From Octopus sinensis (taxonomy: Eukaryota), in NCBI RefSeq assembly GCF_006345805.1, contig NW_021833961.1:1-52257 (forward strand): a stretch of 52,257 bases of DNA, given 5' to 3'. Every line of letters begins with the position of its first letter. Position 1 is the first letter of the stretch. Made by a program: the position numbers and the translations under genes. The notes below the pieces were generated by a model. That model saw only the letters and a program-made list of their open reading frames with translations. It had not been told where the DNA came from and did not search any database. Positions 1-12,876 of this stretch are shown here, piece after piece.

Positions 1-240
1 AGAAATAGCTTTAAAAAAGTTTTTTTAGCTGCTATTTCTAAGAGTTCAGTGCGGCAAGTAATTTATTTTACTAAGCCCTTTTATATAATGTAATAATTGA
101 ATTCGCCTTGAATGGTCCCTTTGCATACTGAAACTTGGTGAAATTGATAATAATTATTAATTTTGCCCTCAATTGTTGAAATATATATATATACATATAT
201 ATATTATAGATATATATATTATATTATATATATATATTCC

Positions 241-342
241 CAACGTGAGAGAACATGTCTGCTGAGTGACTGTCCCTTCACTCATCTTCCAGGGACCCGA
301 CGCACAAACAGAAACGGGCTTCAAGCCAACACACAAACCTGA
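241..342 (+). pseudogene. ORF1 remnant with Cys/His zinc-finger-like motif
   Basis: Frame from 241 reads QRERTCLLSDCPFTHLPGTRRTN, resembling the Cx4CxFxHxxGT finger end seen in invertebrate CR1-like ORF1s. Confidence 0.6.
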
Positions 343-673
343 AATAAAATAAAAATAGAAACACACCATGCTGCAGTAATGCTGGTCCAGTCTTTTCAGG
401 AGACACAAAACAACAACAAACAAAAGTGGAAACTATAACCCTATCCAACAGTGCAACCACACCTCCAGCCAAAAACTGCTCCCTAAGCAGGAAAATTCTT
501 TTTTAGCCATGTTGAACATGGCAAAAGAGATACACAAAAATCGTTCTAGCCATCACTCAACACCATCCTATGCTATTACCCCAGTGCACCAATTCCCCAC
601 ATTGCTGCCACTAGCCACACCAAAATCCAGCCCCCTGCAACAGTCAAAACCAGCCACTACACTAACCTCCACA

Positions 674-3592
674 TTTCTACTCAATGCACAAGGTGTCAGC
701 CCTTCCATCAATGCACAAAATGGAGGGTCCAATTCATTGAAGACTGGGTTGGTCACCATCCACACCACATCCCTTCTTCATTCTCACTGAGACCCACCTT
801 GACAACTCCCACTTGGAAGCCGAAGTGAGAGTGAAGAATTTCACAACCATCCGCGCGGATCGTATCGGCATAAGGAAGGGTGGAACTGCCATTTTCCTGC
901 ATGATTCGTTTACGGCAGATGAAATAGTATATTCTCCAACGGCTACTGTGAATCAGTCACCGTGCACAACAAAGCCAATGACCTGACAGTAATTGGGCTC
1001 TATAGGCCGCCCCAAACACCCATACTGTGCTTTAAAGAATGCCTCAACAGCATTAAGTGCTTTATTCAACAGTGCCATTCTAGCAACATACTCACGATGG
1101 GAGACTTCATCTACCCTGTGTTGACTGGACTACAAACTGTTTGAAACAAGCACTCCCGCCTCAACCGCTGACAAAGAAGCAGCAGGTCACTTTTCGACTT
1201 TACGAATAGTTTTTCTTGTCCCAACTTGTCCTTGCACCAACAAGACATCAGAACATTTTGGACCTAGTGTTTAGTAACCACACTAACACTATACATAACG
1301 TTACAGTGGAAAAAACCCTTCTTTCAGACCATGACATGGTTCTCTGTAACATGAAATTCCACCAGCCGAAAGCTAATCCTAGTGACCTCCCTCCAGCCCA
1401 CCCATTTGACAACATGGATCTCCATAATGCCAACTGGGATGCAATCAGGAACGAGCTATCACATGTTGACTGGTCCTTTACACATCACACACATCTCCAC
1501 CAACCATAAAACATCTTGGCAGATCTTTGTAGACACCGTCACAGACATATGTGCAAAACACTCCCCACCAAGACCTGTGAAAAAAAAGTGCAGAATCCCC
1601 CAAACAGAAAAACCATTATCAGAAAAATAAAAAGAACAAACAAAAAATTAACAAACTAAAGTACTGCCAACAGCAACACACACATTCGACGGCTATCGCA
1701 CTGCTTGAATCCAAAAAATATAACCTCCAACAATGCATGAAGACCCTCATCAATAACCAAAGATCAGCTGAGGAGAAGTGGGCCATTGAAAAAATCAAAC
1801 TCAACCCCAAAGTGTTCTTTTCATTTGCGAGGAAACGCAGGGTCACTGTCTCCATTGTTGGCCCTCTAATTGATGAAACTGGCACTCTCCAAGATAACGC
1901 CAATCCATGGCCGAGATACTGCAGAAACAATACTGCTCTGTTTTCAGCAATCCTGATATGGCGATCTGGGCTGTAATCAGTGATGTCAACCCCCAACACA
2001 CTATATCGGACCATACGTTTAGTGCCCCTGATGTCTTAGCGGCGATAAACGAAATCAACACAATTCAGCAGTAGGCCCGATAGGTTCCCTGCTTGTGTCC
2101 TGAAGGTGTGTCGACACCCACTTACATCTCCCCTTGCTAATCTGTGGAGAAACTCACTGGATGCTGGCTATATTCCAAAACCCTTCTGTCCCAGTCTGTT
2201 GTCCCAGTTTTCGAAAAGGGAAACAAGTCCCTTGCAGTGAACTACCGTCCGATCTCACTCACCTCTCATATCATCAAGGTATTTGAGAGGGTGGTGAGAT
2301 CTCGAATAACCCAATTTCTGGAAAGCAACAGACGGCTGATCTCTACCAACAGGTTCCGTAATGGAAGGGACTGCCTACGCAGCTCCTGCATCACTTTGAG
2401 GACATTTTGAGAGCTTTGGGAGAGGGCTCCAACACCGATGTCATCTACCTTGATTTCAGTAAGGCCTTCGACAGGGTCGATCACAAGATCCTATTGAAAA
2501 AACTATCCCACATTGGTGTCTCTGGGAAGTTACTGAAATAGATTAAGTGTTTCCTGACAGACAGATCTCAACATGTTGTAGTTGAAGGGGTAAAATCAAG
2601 CCCAGCCAAAGTCATAGTGGCGTTCCGCAAGGCACTGTGCTGGGCCCACTTCTTTTCATCATTTACATTAATGACATTAATGACATCATCAAGCACAGCA
2701 ACATAAAATCTTTGCAGATGACTCCAAGCTACAGAAGGTCATAAATGAGGCGAGTGACCGGACATGCCTTCAGTCAGATCTACTGGCTGTTATCCAATGG
2801 GCAGAAAAACATATGCTGCTGAACGAGGATAAATTTGAGTTAATCCACTTTGGAAAAGAGGATGCCCTGAAACTCCCATACTCTCTTCCTTCAGGTGAAA
2901 CTCTCGCGCGTCCAACAACATCAGAGACTTGGGAGTAATTGTGGACAACAACATAAGCTGGGCCACTCATATAAACACCAAAGTTGACATGGCCCGCAGA
3001 ATGTGTTCCTGGATTCTCAGAACTTTCCAGTCGAGAGATATCCACACCATTATCCTTCTCTTCTCCACTTTTGCCCGACCCCACCTTGAATACTGTTGTC
3101 CACTGTGGTCTCCCCCCACACAATACAAGGTATCATAAAAGTTGAAGCACCTCAAAGGGCAATCACAAAAAGATAGATGGCATGACAGGCCTCGACTATT
3201 GGGGTCGACTAGAAAAGCTAAAACTCTATTCTCTCCAACGTCGTCGTGAGCGCTACATCATCTGCATGATGTGGAAAATATTCCATCAGCATTGCCCAAA
3301 TGATGTTGGCATCACCTTTAAGGTACATCCAAGGCTTGGCCCCGTTGCCATCCGCCCAAAACAAAAATCGCACTCTCATCTCATAACAACAATACGGCAC
3401 AATTATTTCACCTCAATTGGCCCCGCTCTCTTTAACATTACACCAAAACACATTAAAACAGAAACTGACCCTATAGGGTTCAAGAAGTCTTTGGACAGAT
3501 TCCTTCAAGAAATCCCGGATAAACCCCCTACACCCGGATATGTCTCTGTAAACAATAACTCTCTACTTGAGTGGGCCATAGTGCCCAAATAG
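674..3592 (+). pseudogene. LINE ORF2 (APE endonuclease + reverse transcriptase), disrupted by frameshifts and stops
   Basis: FLLNAQG (674); ILTETHL, RADR and GGTAIF; LYRPP; GDF; ILDLVFSN; SDHDMV (~1324); NYRPISLTSHIIKVFERVV (~2241); DVIYLDFSKAFDRVDH; GVPQGTVLGPLLFIIYIND; FADDSKL (~2711); RPHLEYCCPLWSP; LKLYSLQRRRERY; C-terminal PDKPPTPGY...NSL. Confidence 0.93.
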
Positions 3593-3681
3593 TGACTTGA
3601 AAGACTTCACCAGGTGGTGCTATTAAGTTAGACATGGCCTGGGCCAAAATGGCCGAAACCTATCAAAGTATTATACATAAT

Positions 3682-3718
<37 letters not shown>

Positions 3719-3840
3719 GGCCTGCTCGCTTAGCCAGCGGGGTGGCGTCATTTGAAGGCTAAAACAATGCGAAGCGCATTGTGACCAGTGATTGTGTAGC
3801 AACATCTGATAGCCTGGTCGGTCACGGTAATCACAGTGAT
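3719..3840 (+). mobile_element. 3' fragment of SINE family D (RTE-like tail)
   Basis: Closely similar to 46776-46888. Confidence 0.8.
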
Positions 3841-3981
3841 ATAATATATTATATATATATATATACGCGAGAAAGAAGCAACAAGAATGGATTGTTGCTT
3901 CTTTCTCGCTTATAATCACCCCACATTACTGTATTGTTAAAACCGTATAGTTTTTTTTGGTGCATCTAAGTTAGGTACCAT

Positions 3982-4032
3982 ATTCAAGTAAATTCATTTA
4001 AATTAACTTTATTGCTTTTTGTATATATATAT

Positions 4033-4075
<43 letters not shown>

Positions 4076-4134
4076 ATATATATATGTATGTATGTGTATA
4101 TATATATATAATATATATACATATATATATATAT

Positions 4135-4174
<40 letters not shown>

Positions 4175-4335
4175 ATATATATATATATGTATGTATGTGT
4201 ATATATTATATATATATTATATATATACATGGTGTATATGTATGTATTACTATCTAATTATGTGCTTGTGAGTGCTTGTGTACGTGTGCGTGTGCGTCTG
4301 TCTGTATGTGTGCATGTGTGTATGTGTGTGTGTGC
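3982..4335. repeat. (TA)n/(TG)n compound microsatellite
   Basis: Direct reading. Confidence 0.95.
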
Positions 4336-4631
4336 CTAATCTGTGGCATATCTTGTCTGTTTCGATTGATTGAAACTGTTCCTGTTTTATTTTCAGTATT
4401 CGTCGCTGTGGCATAAGAAGACAAATGAATCTATTTTATGAATGTCAAGTAGGGACATAACATAATCTCAACAATGGATGTAGGTTTTCTATGGCAATTC
4501 CAAGTCTTTGTTAGCGATACACAAGCAACGCTCAAAGAACAGAACAGAAAATGCAAGAGACAAATGCTTAGGATTCTTCCAGTCCAAATACAACTAAGCT
4601 AGTTGTTCATAAAAGCTTGGATAAACTTGAC

Positions 4632-4702
<71 letters not shown>

Positions 4703-4727
4703 TATATTATATATATACTGTGCAATA

Positions 4728-4797
4728 CTTGAGACATGAGAATTCTGGACATTATTTACATTGGCAGGATATGTGTCCTCATCTTGTTTGTTGTTCA
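4728..4797 (-). mobile_element. Diverged 3'-end fragment of SINE family E
   Basis: CATTATTTACATT...TGTCCTCATCTTGTTTGTTGTT matches 34030-34086 and the reverse complement of 19425-19471. Confidence 0.65.
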
Positions 4798-4907
4798 TTA
4801 AATGAACGTTTAATGTGGTTTTAGAGTTTTGGCTGCTATTTCCAGCGTGGAGTTATCTCTTAGATACCCTAAATTATAATTTTAATAATAATCATATATA
4901 TATATAA

Positions 4908-5136
4908 GCAATAATAAATCTCTGAACGAGATGTAAACAGTAACTGCACGACAATGTGAGGTATACTAGCCATCTCAATATGGCTAACCACTAAGGGTGG
5001 GTGTTACTGTAGCTTGTAGCCCCAGGAGAACATCGTCTCCAGCTCGCTTCAGCTGGAGACGATGTTCTCCTGGGGCTACAGCTACAGTAATACCCACCCT
5101 TAGTGGTTAGCCATATTGAGATGGCTAGTATACCTC

Positions 5137-5137
<1 letters not shown>
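4908..5137. mobile_element. Fold-back derivative of a DNA element: 88/87-bp inverted arms with a 6-bp spacer
   Basis: 4957-5044 is the reverse complement of 5051-5137 (1 mismatch, 1 indel); the left extension 4908-4956 is shared with 12877-12925. Confidence 0.85.
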
Positions 5138-5202
<65 letters not shown>

Positions 5203-5205
<3 letters not shown>

Positions 5206-5327
5206 GGTTGGACAAAAGTCACTCGACAGTGAATCAAAATTCCATAAATACTATCTATAATCCTGTATTGACTCGAATGGAAAAATATGTTGCTCAAGGA
5301 GGACTTCAGTTTGAACGGTTTTCATGA
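5203..5327 (+). mobile_element. Tc1/mariner remnant (left terminus plus transposase C-terminal end)
   Basis: TA-CAGGGTTGGACAAAA terminus; translation ends RMEKYVAQGGLQFERFS*; no right TIR found. Confidence 0.5.
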
Positions 5328-5949
5328 TGTTTCATATTTGGATGCTTTTATTAAATTCATTCAGTTGTTACACATAAATAAATCTTGCAATTAAATCGTT
5401 TTGGCTTACTATACCACCTTAAGCTGGCCGGTCCTATGCTCAAAAGAAGAGCACGGGACTTAGCTCCTACCTCCAGTATAGACTGCAGCCCCAATCGTAC
5501 CGACAGTCCCAACTAAGCACAGCCAAATTTTAATCCAGTACTACCAAATCTGGTTAGTCCCAAGAAAAGACTATCGATGCTATAATGTTAGTCCTCTCCT
5601 AACCCGCGAAGACACATTTCTGGCAGCAAACGCAATAGCGCTAAATAAGCGCTACCGCAGCCTCCAGACATAGTGACGACAGCTGTCTATCAAAGAGCAT
5701 TTCCAAAGCAATGACATCACGTGACCTGCATTGACTAATAGACGCCTAACATCAAGCAGCCATCTTGAAGCCGTTTCATTTCCTATTACTTGAACCCAAA
5801 ACGTCTGATGTGTTAGGTTTGTTTCACGAGACTACGAAGCTGTAAGTTGCATGCAGTCACGTGTGTGAGTGTGTGAGTGTGTGTTTGTTTGTGCGAATAA
5901 ATAAACGCTGGATTTAAATGTGAGCTGCTATAAGTATGATATGGTTCAA

Positions 5950-6065
5950 ATGTACAAAAATCAAAAGACAGAGATAGGTGAGGAAACAACCGACTCAGGG
6001 AAAATGTGAAGGTCTTTGATGTTTCGATCCTACGCTCTTCGACAGAAAGGAATGAGAAAAGAAAA
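5950..6065 (-). mobile_element. Penelope-like terminal-repeat fragment
   Basis: Similar to 6541-6700; carries a hammerhead-like motif. Confidence 0.6.
6014..6049 (-). ncRNA. Degenerate minimal hammerhead-like motif
   Basis: Minus strand CUUU-CUGUCGA-A-GAGCguagGAUC-GAA-ACAU-C-AAAG. Confidence 0.45.
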
Positions 6066-6371
6066 CAGTGACAAAAAACATGTCTGGTTTAACGGTTTCA
6101 CAAATGGAATTGAGTGGAAGGATATGGTTGAATGGAACGGGAGATAACAGTAACCTATTTAAGATATGTGTGCAAGAGCGTTTGTGCATGTGAACATCAT
6201 GCGTGTGAATGTATATGTGCGTATGGGCATTTACAGATAAAGTGGCATCTTACAGACAAAGTGTCTCTGTTGCCAGATAACTGATAAGTTAGGTTCGATC
6301 TACAAGCCTACTAAACCAAGTTCTATAGAGCAGGGATAGATTGTTGTAACATATATGTGTCTGTGTGTATG

Positions 6372-6414
<43 letters not shown>

Positions 6415-6438
6415 GTGTGTATGTATGAATGTATGTAG

Positions 6439-6541
<103 letters not shown>

Positions 6542-6700
6542 TTCAAATTTACAAAAAACGAAAGCCGAAGATAGGTGTAGAACAACAATCAGGTGTAATA
6601 GTTTGACGCTCGGGAAGAAAGGGAAAGTCTTTGACGTTTCGAGCCTACGCTCTTCGACAGAAAGTATTAAAGGAAAAGAAACGGAATGTGAAAAATGTGT
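6542..6700 (-). mobile_element. Penelope-like terminal-repeat fragment
   Basis: Paralogous to 5950-6065 and more distantly to 35690-35890. Confidence 0.65.
6629..6664 (-). ncRNA. Minimal type I hammerhead-like motif with A6U core variant
   Basis: CUUU-CUGUCGA-A-GAGCguagGCUC-GAA-ACGU-C-AAAG. Confidence 0.6.
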
Positions 6701-7094
6701 GTGCGTGTACCCACACATACACACACACACACACACACACGGAGGTTTGGTAATATTTCCTACTTTTGCTATAGTACGAGTTATTTCGCCGCTGTTTTGA
6801 ATTGTCTAATTACATAAACATTTTGAATTGAGAAATAATGTCACGGTGACGTACCACATATTACGAGATGATAACCGATCGAAACGACCGTGATTTGGTT
6901 TCTAATATAAATGAAATATAAAATTGGAAAATCCTGTCACGTATGAAGCATTAAATTTGAAACAGTTTTATTTAGTCTGGAACTGTCATCGAGAAAGACA
7001 CAAAATGCAAAATGCATCTACAGACACACATAAACACACACGCACGCACATCATCATCGTCACACATACACTTGTGTATGCATGTAAATTTAAT

Positions 7095-7106
7095 ACATAC
7101 ATGTAC

Positions 7107-7141
<35 letters not shown>

Positions 7142-7427
7142 TATATACAAAATATATATATGTATGTATATGCATGTATAAATAGTAAATATACGTGTAC
7201 TTATATATGTCTATGGGGGTTTTGCGCGTGTATATATATATATATACATGAATACAACACACAGATATATATATATATATACATACATGATACACACACA
7301 GAGATATATGTGTGTGTATGTATGTATGTATATATATGTATCTATATATGTATATACATGTGTGTATTATATATATATATATATATATAGATAGATATGA
7401 TATACATATATATATATATATATATAT

Positions 7428-7473
<46 letters not shown>

Positions 7474-7600
7474 ATATATATATAGTATATATATCTATAT
7501 ATATATATATATTATATGTATATATTATATATATTGTGATATATATATATATATATAATATATATATATATACTATATATATATATATATCCACACACAC
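7095..7600. repeat. Long interrupted (TA)n array
   Basis: Direct reading. Confidence 0.95.
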
Positions 7601-7996
7601 AATTCACGTAATAATTTCATTTAATTGTTAACCCTGGAGTTTACCCTATTAAGGTCATCCATAGGTCCAGGCTATCAGACGGATGATTATCCGGAGATCG
7701 TTCTACCTTGACAATCCACAAATAATGACAATTATAACGGAGAAGAATGCAGTGAATAATTCCTTTTATTTCATTTATTTACAATTGTTTCATCGAACAT
7801 TGATCTCATGATTATTACTATATTATTCAATAATATATACAGCCTTTACTTCATGCTGTGTCGCAGAGTGTCAGAATTGGTCATTCCAGAAGCCTGAACG
7901 AGTCAGACTCCGGTTACAGGCCTGTAAATATTGAAGTAGCAGGGAACCAAATCAAACTGTATTAGATGATATATATATATATAAAAATTATAAAAA

Positions 7997-8227
7997 GGCG
8001 GCGAGCTGGCAGAAACGTTAGCACGCCGGGCGAAATGCGTAGCCGTATTTCGTCTGTCGTTACGTTCCGAGTTCAAATTCTGCCGAGGTCGACTTTGCCT
8101 TTCATCCTATCGGGGTCGATAAATTAAGTACCAGTTACGCACTGGGGTCGATGTAATCTACTTAACCCCTTTGTCTGTCTTTGTTTGTCCCCTCTGTGTT
8201 TAGCCCCTTGTGGGTAGTAAAGAAATA
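7997..8227 (+). mobile_element. SINE family A, full-length
   Basis: GGCGGCGAGCTGGCAGAAACGTTAG head, GAGTTCAAATTC B-box-like motif, tail GTGGGTAGTAAAGAAATA; more than 15 related copies in the window. Confidence 0.9.
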
Positions 8228-8548
8228 TATATATAAATTATTAAGTTTCAGTCCAGATACCTTCATTAAGCAATCCGAATGTGTGTGTGTGTGTGTGTGT
8301 GTAACAGTGCGCTCACAAGAATTATCTACGTTACGTAAGAGTTTTGTGTCTCAAAATCATGCTAAAACGTAAAATTCTGTAGCGAGTAGACGTATTCGCC
8401 AGTAATTTCGGGAAAGAGGCCACGCGTTACAGAAGTCCAGACAACAGTCAGATTTTCAGGTGTGCCAGGTGCTTCTGTAATGCAGGTGACACCTGCATTA
8501 CATACATGTATACACTGGTGTGTGTGCGCGTGTGTTCCTGTTTGTGTA

Positions 8549-9030
8549 CAGTAACCACTCGCCATATAGCGGTTCACCTATCCTGGCCTCAGTACATCAC
8601 GGATTTTTCTCGCTAATATATGTAAATTTATATCGCGGGTTTCTGCGGCCGATAGGTATTTAGATTTTTTAGATTTTAATTATTTCTGTAGTAAAAGAAG
8701 CATTTTCACACCTAAAGATTAATAAATTAATAAATAAAAATACAGTACTGTACAGTACTGCACCGTGTAACACATTAATTAAAAGAAATTAAAAGAAAAT
8801 ACGTAGAGTACCGTAGATGAGTAAACAAAGAATCCCGCATACTGTATGGGAAATGAAACTTAGGAGGCAAATGTGTGGTGTTGTTTTGCATTTATAATAA
8901 AATAAATATATACAAATTATAAAAATATTAATAATAAAATATACAATGGAATACTGTTTCTATTTCGCGGATTTTCACCTAGTGCGGTGGATTTTGTAAC
9001 GTGATACCTGCGATATTCGGGGATATACTT
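8549..9030. mobile_element. Tigger/pogo-like non-autonomous DNA transposon
   Basis: TA-CAGTAACCACTCGCCATATAGCGG left end; degenerate right end CGCGGATTTTCACCTAG...GCGATATTCGGGGATATACT; AT-rich interior. Confidence 0.6.
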
Positions 9031-9423
9031 AATGTACTGTGTAGTCTTCTTTTCCCCTTCTGTTTTGCTCTTTCTGTTTCATATCTTGAGAGTGGGCGGT
9101 TGAGCTAACAAACAAGTCAGTTCATCTACGCTGCGGAATTCTCAGCTTTACAAACAGTATGAGTTGTGACTTAGAAAGGAAGGATGAGGACTGAAAAAAG
9201 TGTTTCGACTACGAACTGACGTATTGACACTCTTTGTCAGCCTTAGTCTATAAGATTACGGTGTTCGTCAATGTGGACGCGAACGTATGCAAATTGCAAC
9301 TTTTAATAAAAAGTCTTTTTATAAATAATCTCTGCCGACATAAGCCACCACCAAGTTCCTCTAACTGCTTTTATATGTGTGCGCGCGCATGTATGCGTGT
9401 GTGTGTGTGTGTGTGTGTGTGTT

Positions 9424-9454
<31 letters not shown>

Positions 9455-10029
9455 TTAAGTCTGAATGTCGACTTCGTATTTAATTCTTTCCTTTGTTGTA
9501 TTCAATTTGACTTTTGTTATTTTTCTTCTCCTTTACTCTCTCTCCCTCTCTCCCTCTCTCCCTCTATCTTTCTATCTATCCATCTATATATATATATATC
9601 TTTATCTATGTATTTGTCTAATTTTAACTGTCTCTAATTGTCTCTTCTTTTTTCTTTCCCTTTCTTCTCAATTGTTTCTTTCGTATCTGATGGAATACCT
9701 TTCTTTCTTCTCTACAATCACAATCCTGCTTCTCTTTCTCTCTTCCTTCCTTACACTGTTTCTTCCCCGTCTTCGTATAATTTCTTTCTTACACACTGTC
9801 TCTCGCTCACCTTTTCCCATAATCCCATATTCTCATTAGTAACGTTGTTCAGGTGCCACCAACTAGTTATAGTCGGACTAATAAGGCGCATGATAGATTT
9901 ATTCTCCAGGCTGATTAATTGAAGCAATTGTTAAATCAACTGCGAAAGAAACAACCCAAAGCGATGTCTAAGCTTATAGAACAATCACAGGCGTGTGTGT
10001 GTGTATGTGTGTGTGTGTGTGTGTGTGTG

Positions 10030-10074
<45 letters not shown>

Positions 10075-12199
10075 CAAAAACAGACTTTCGAGAAAAGACT
10101 CCAATAACGACCAGAGTGAACTGGTTAAAATGTAACTTATGTCCCGAATAATTTTCCTGAAACAAAAACTATCTCAGAACTTGCTAAGACTTGTCTTCAT
10201 CTCACTTATATGAAACCAATAATTCTTACACCGCATATTTCTGTTTATTATCTTTGCCATTTTGTAGCGTAGATTTGATTCCGGAGCTAAAGTAATACTC
10301 GGTTCCGAGCTTTTAATAATTTTTAATGGAATGTTCAAAGATAACATTTCAGTCGCAAAGACTTAAAATGCAATTTCTGTCTACAGAAAAATAGACTTAA
10401 TGCAAAAGATAAAGGAAGAAAGTTTGGTGAAATCTCAGGAAATCGGTTGTAGCTATCGCCGATAATGAGAGCTTAACGTCTGATTCCCGATGAAGACGCA
10501 GTAACAATGTAAAGCTGATTTCAGTACAAAACCCGTCATTATATATAATTTGTGGCGCTTGTACATCGGTCGGTCTGGATTTTGTTTGCACTAAATAAAA
10601 CAAAGATCGACATTAACCAGAATGGTTTGTGTGACATTTATCTTTGAACACCCACAGAGGTAAATAATTTATACTTCATTTGTAAATAACATATTTGCAA
10701 TACTTTAATTGCAACAACAGGGACGGTGGAGTGTTAGAAAAGGAAGAATTTTGGATTCTAATCTCACCTGTACTGACTTTACCTTACTCCATTGATTCAA
10801 ATGAAATCGGTTCTAACTTTACCCTAGCGTGGAGATTACTGGTTTTGTTCTATTACGTAAAAAAAACAATATAATTTGCATAAATATACAGTTTTTATGT
10901 CTATTTGTCATTCACTTCCCTATTTATGCGAAGCTTTAACAAAATTTCTACATGTTCTAAAGAGCCATACATTTCAGGTGTGTACACAAACACTTGACAA
11001 GCCTCAATTAAAAAGGCGAACTGTCATAAATTTGCTTTCATACTGGTGAATTTTCGAGTCGGGTGCTCTTTACTATAGAATCTATCTTCTATACATGAGT
11101 TCATCTTCGGTGGCTTCTCTAAAGCACATGTCATATTTCAGAGATGCCATCCACATGAAAAAAGAACAATAAGTTAGGTAAATTACAAATGAGTTGTTAA
11201 ATTTCTAAGGAATTATATTTTTTTAATCTAACAAGTCTGATGCATTTACTAAATGTATCGTTGATGAGGCTCAAATAAGAGCTAAACATCCGCGATTTTA
11301 TCTCCCCCTGGTGCCATGAAAAGAAATTCAATATTAGTCAATGACGCAGATATATTTCTAGTTAAGCTCTTATTGTTCACTACATTAGATATTACTTCAT
11401 TTGATATCTAAATTCCTTAATACTTTGAGGTTTCTATTTTTTTTTTCTTTTTAGAGTTGCATGCACCACAGTTCTTAGAATAATATATATTATGATCCTT
11501 TAAATCTTCCATAGAAACATTTTCGAGGCAAACTTTAGTAGATCGTGTGTTTCTAAATAGTCTCTCAATAACAGTGAAATAGTATGCAAAGTCACTTGGA
11601 GACGGACATATTGCTAACTATGGAACTTACTCGAATTCTGTTGCCATATTTTGCTGGTGATATTAATGGAAATTTTTGCTGTCCATTCCGAAAATGTGTC
11701 CGAATGACATATCGATGATGCCAAAGACTAATCAAGAATGTCTACACACACTTGCCTGCAGACAGAACGCTTACAAAGTTGCGTGTCGCTAAATTTGTTT
11801 GATTATTGAACGATGAAGTGAGAATATAGATATTTGTTGTGGAAAATTCTTTGATTTTTATCTTACTCATCACCTAGTTACCTACATTATAGGGCAACAC
11901 GGTTCGTACAGATAAATGTATTGTAGAGACACATATGTAGCCTTTCGTCCACAAGTTAACACGCAGACTACATTGATTTAAATTAAGCTGTCGCCAGCAA
12001 TTTCCTCAGTCTTGTATCTTCAACTTTGCGAAGAAAAGATCTGTTTTTTGTTATTATTCTCACTTCTCAAGTATTTCGTTTTGATGATTGTAAAGTCTCT
12101 CTGCTAAAGAAGAACTATTTTTCATGCTATGAAGTCTGTCCCATGATCTGCCAGATAACCCTGCACATAAAATTCCCATTCTCAAGTGTATCTGGTTTC

Positions 12200-12367
12200 A
12201 TAGGCGCAGGAGTGCCTGTGTGGTAAGTAGCTTGCTTATGAACCACATGGCTCCAGGTTCAGTCCCACTGCGTGACACCTTGGGCAAGTGTCTTCTACTA
12301 TAGCCTCGGGCCGACCAAAGCCTTGTGAGTGGATTTGGTAGACGGAAACTGAAAGAAGCCCGTCGTA

Positions 12368-12429
<62 letters not shown>

Positions 12430-12454
12430 CTATATATATATATATATATATTTT

Positions 12455-12485
<31 letters not shown>

Positions 12486-12707
12486 CGTGTGTGTGTTTGT
12501 GTGTCTGTGTTTGTCCCCCTAGCATTGCTTGACAACCGATGCTGGTGTGTTTATGTCCACGTTACTTAGCGGTTCGGCAAAAGAGACCGATAGAATAAGT
12601 ACTGGGCTTACAAAAGAATAAGTCCCGGGGTCAATTTGCTCGACTAAAGGCGGTGCTCCAGCATGGCTGCAGTCAAATGACTGAAACAAGTAAAAGAGTA
12701 AAAGAGT
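12200..12707 (+). mobile_element. SINE family B, full-length, with internal (TA)n(TG)n and 33-bp TSD
   Basis: tRNA-like head TAGGCGCAGGAGTG..TGTGGTAAG...GGTTCAGTCCC; CCTTGGGCAAG core; (AGTAAAAG)n tail; flanking duplication 12167-12199 / 12708-12740. Confidence 0.92.
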
Positions 12708-12876
12708 ATAAAATTCACATTCTCAAGTGTATCTGGTTTCTGGTGCTAACGACTTCATAACACAAGTTTTAACCTCTACTTTTCCTAATTCCGAAGCAAC
12801 ACAACAAACACAAAGTCGACTTTCGTAAGTGCATAAACAAAAACGGTCAAAAATAATTAACAGACATTTTTTTTTA

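Larger units (their letters stand above)
241..3670 (+). mobile_element. 5'-truncated, decayed CR1-group non-LTR retrotransposon (LINE)
   Basis: ORF1 remnant, then APE endonuclease and RT motifs in the correct order, then a short 3' UTR ending GAAACCTATCAAAGTA; both flanks are (TA)n. Confidence 0.93.

Noticed and set aside
5400-5950. Possible solo LTR (GC-richer block, CACGTG, AATAAA)
   Set aside because: No clear TG...CA termini, TSD, PBS or second copy
7870-7941. Minus-strand exon with a WNDxx(C)-like C-type lectin motif
   Set aside because: All three frames contain stops between the splice-like sites, and the Cys position is TGA
8476-8502. 12-bp perfect hairpin TGTAATGCAGGT-gac-ACCTGCATTACA
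   Set aside because: Isolated and single-copy with no supporting context; could be a small local inversion-duplication
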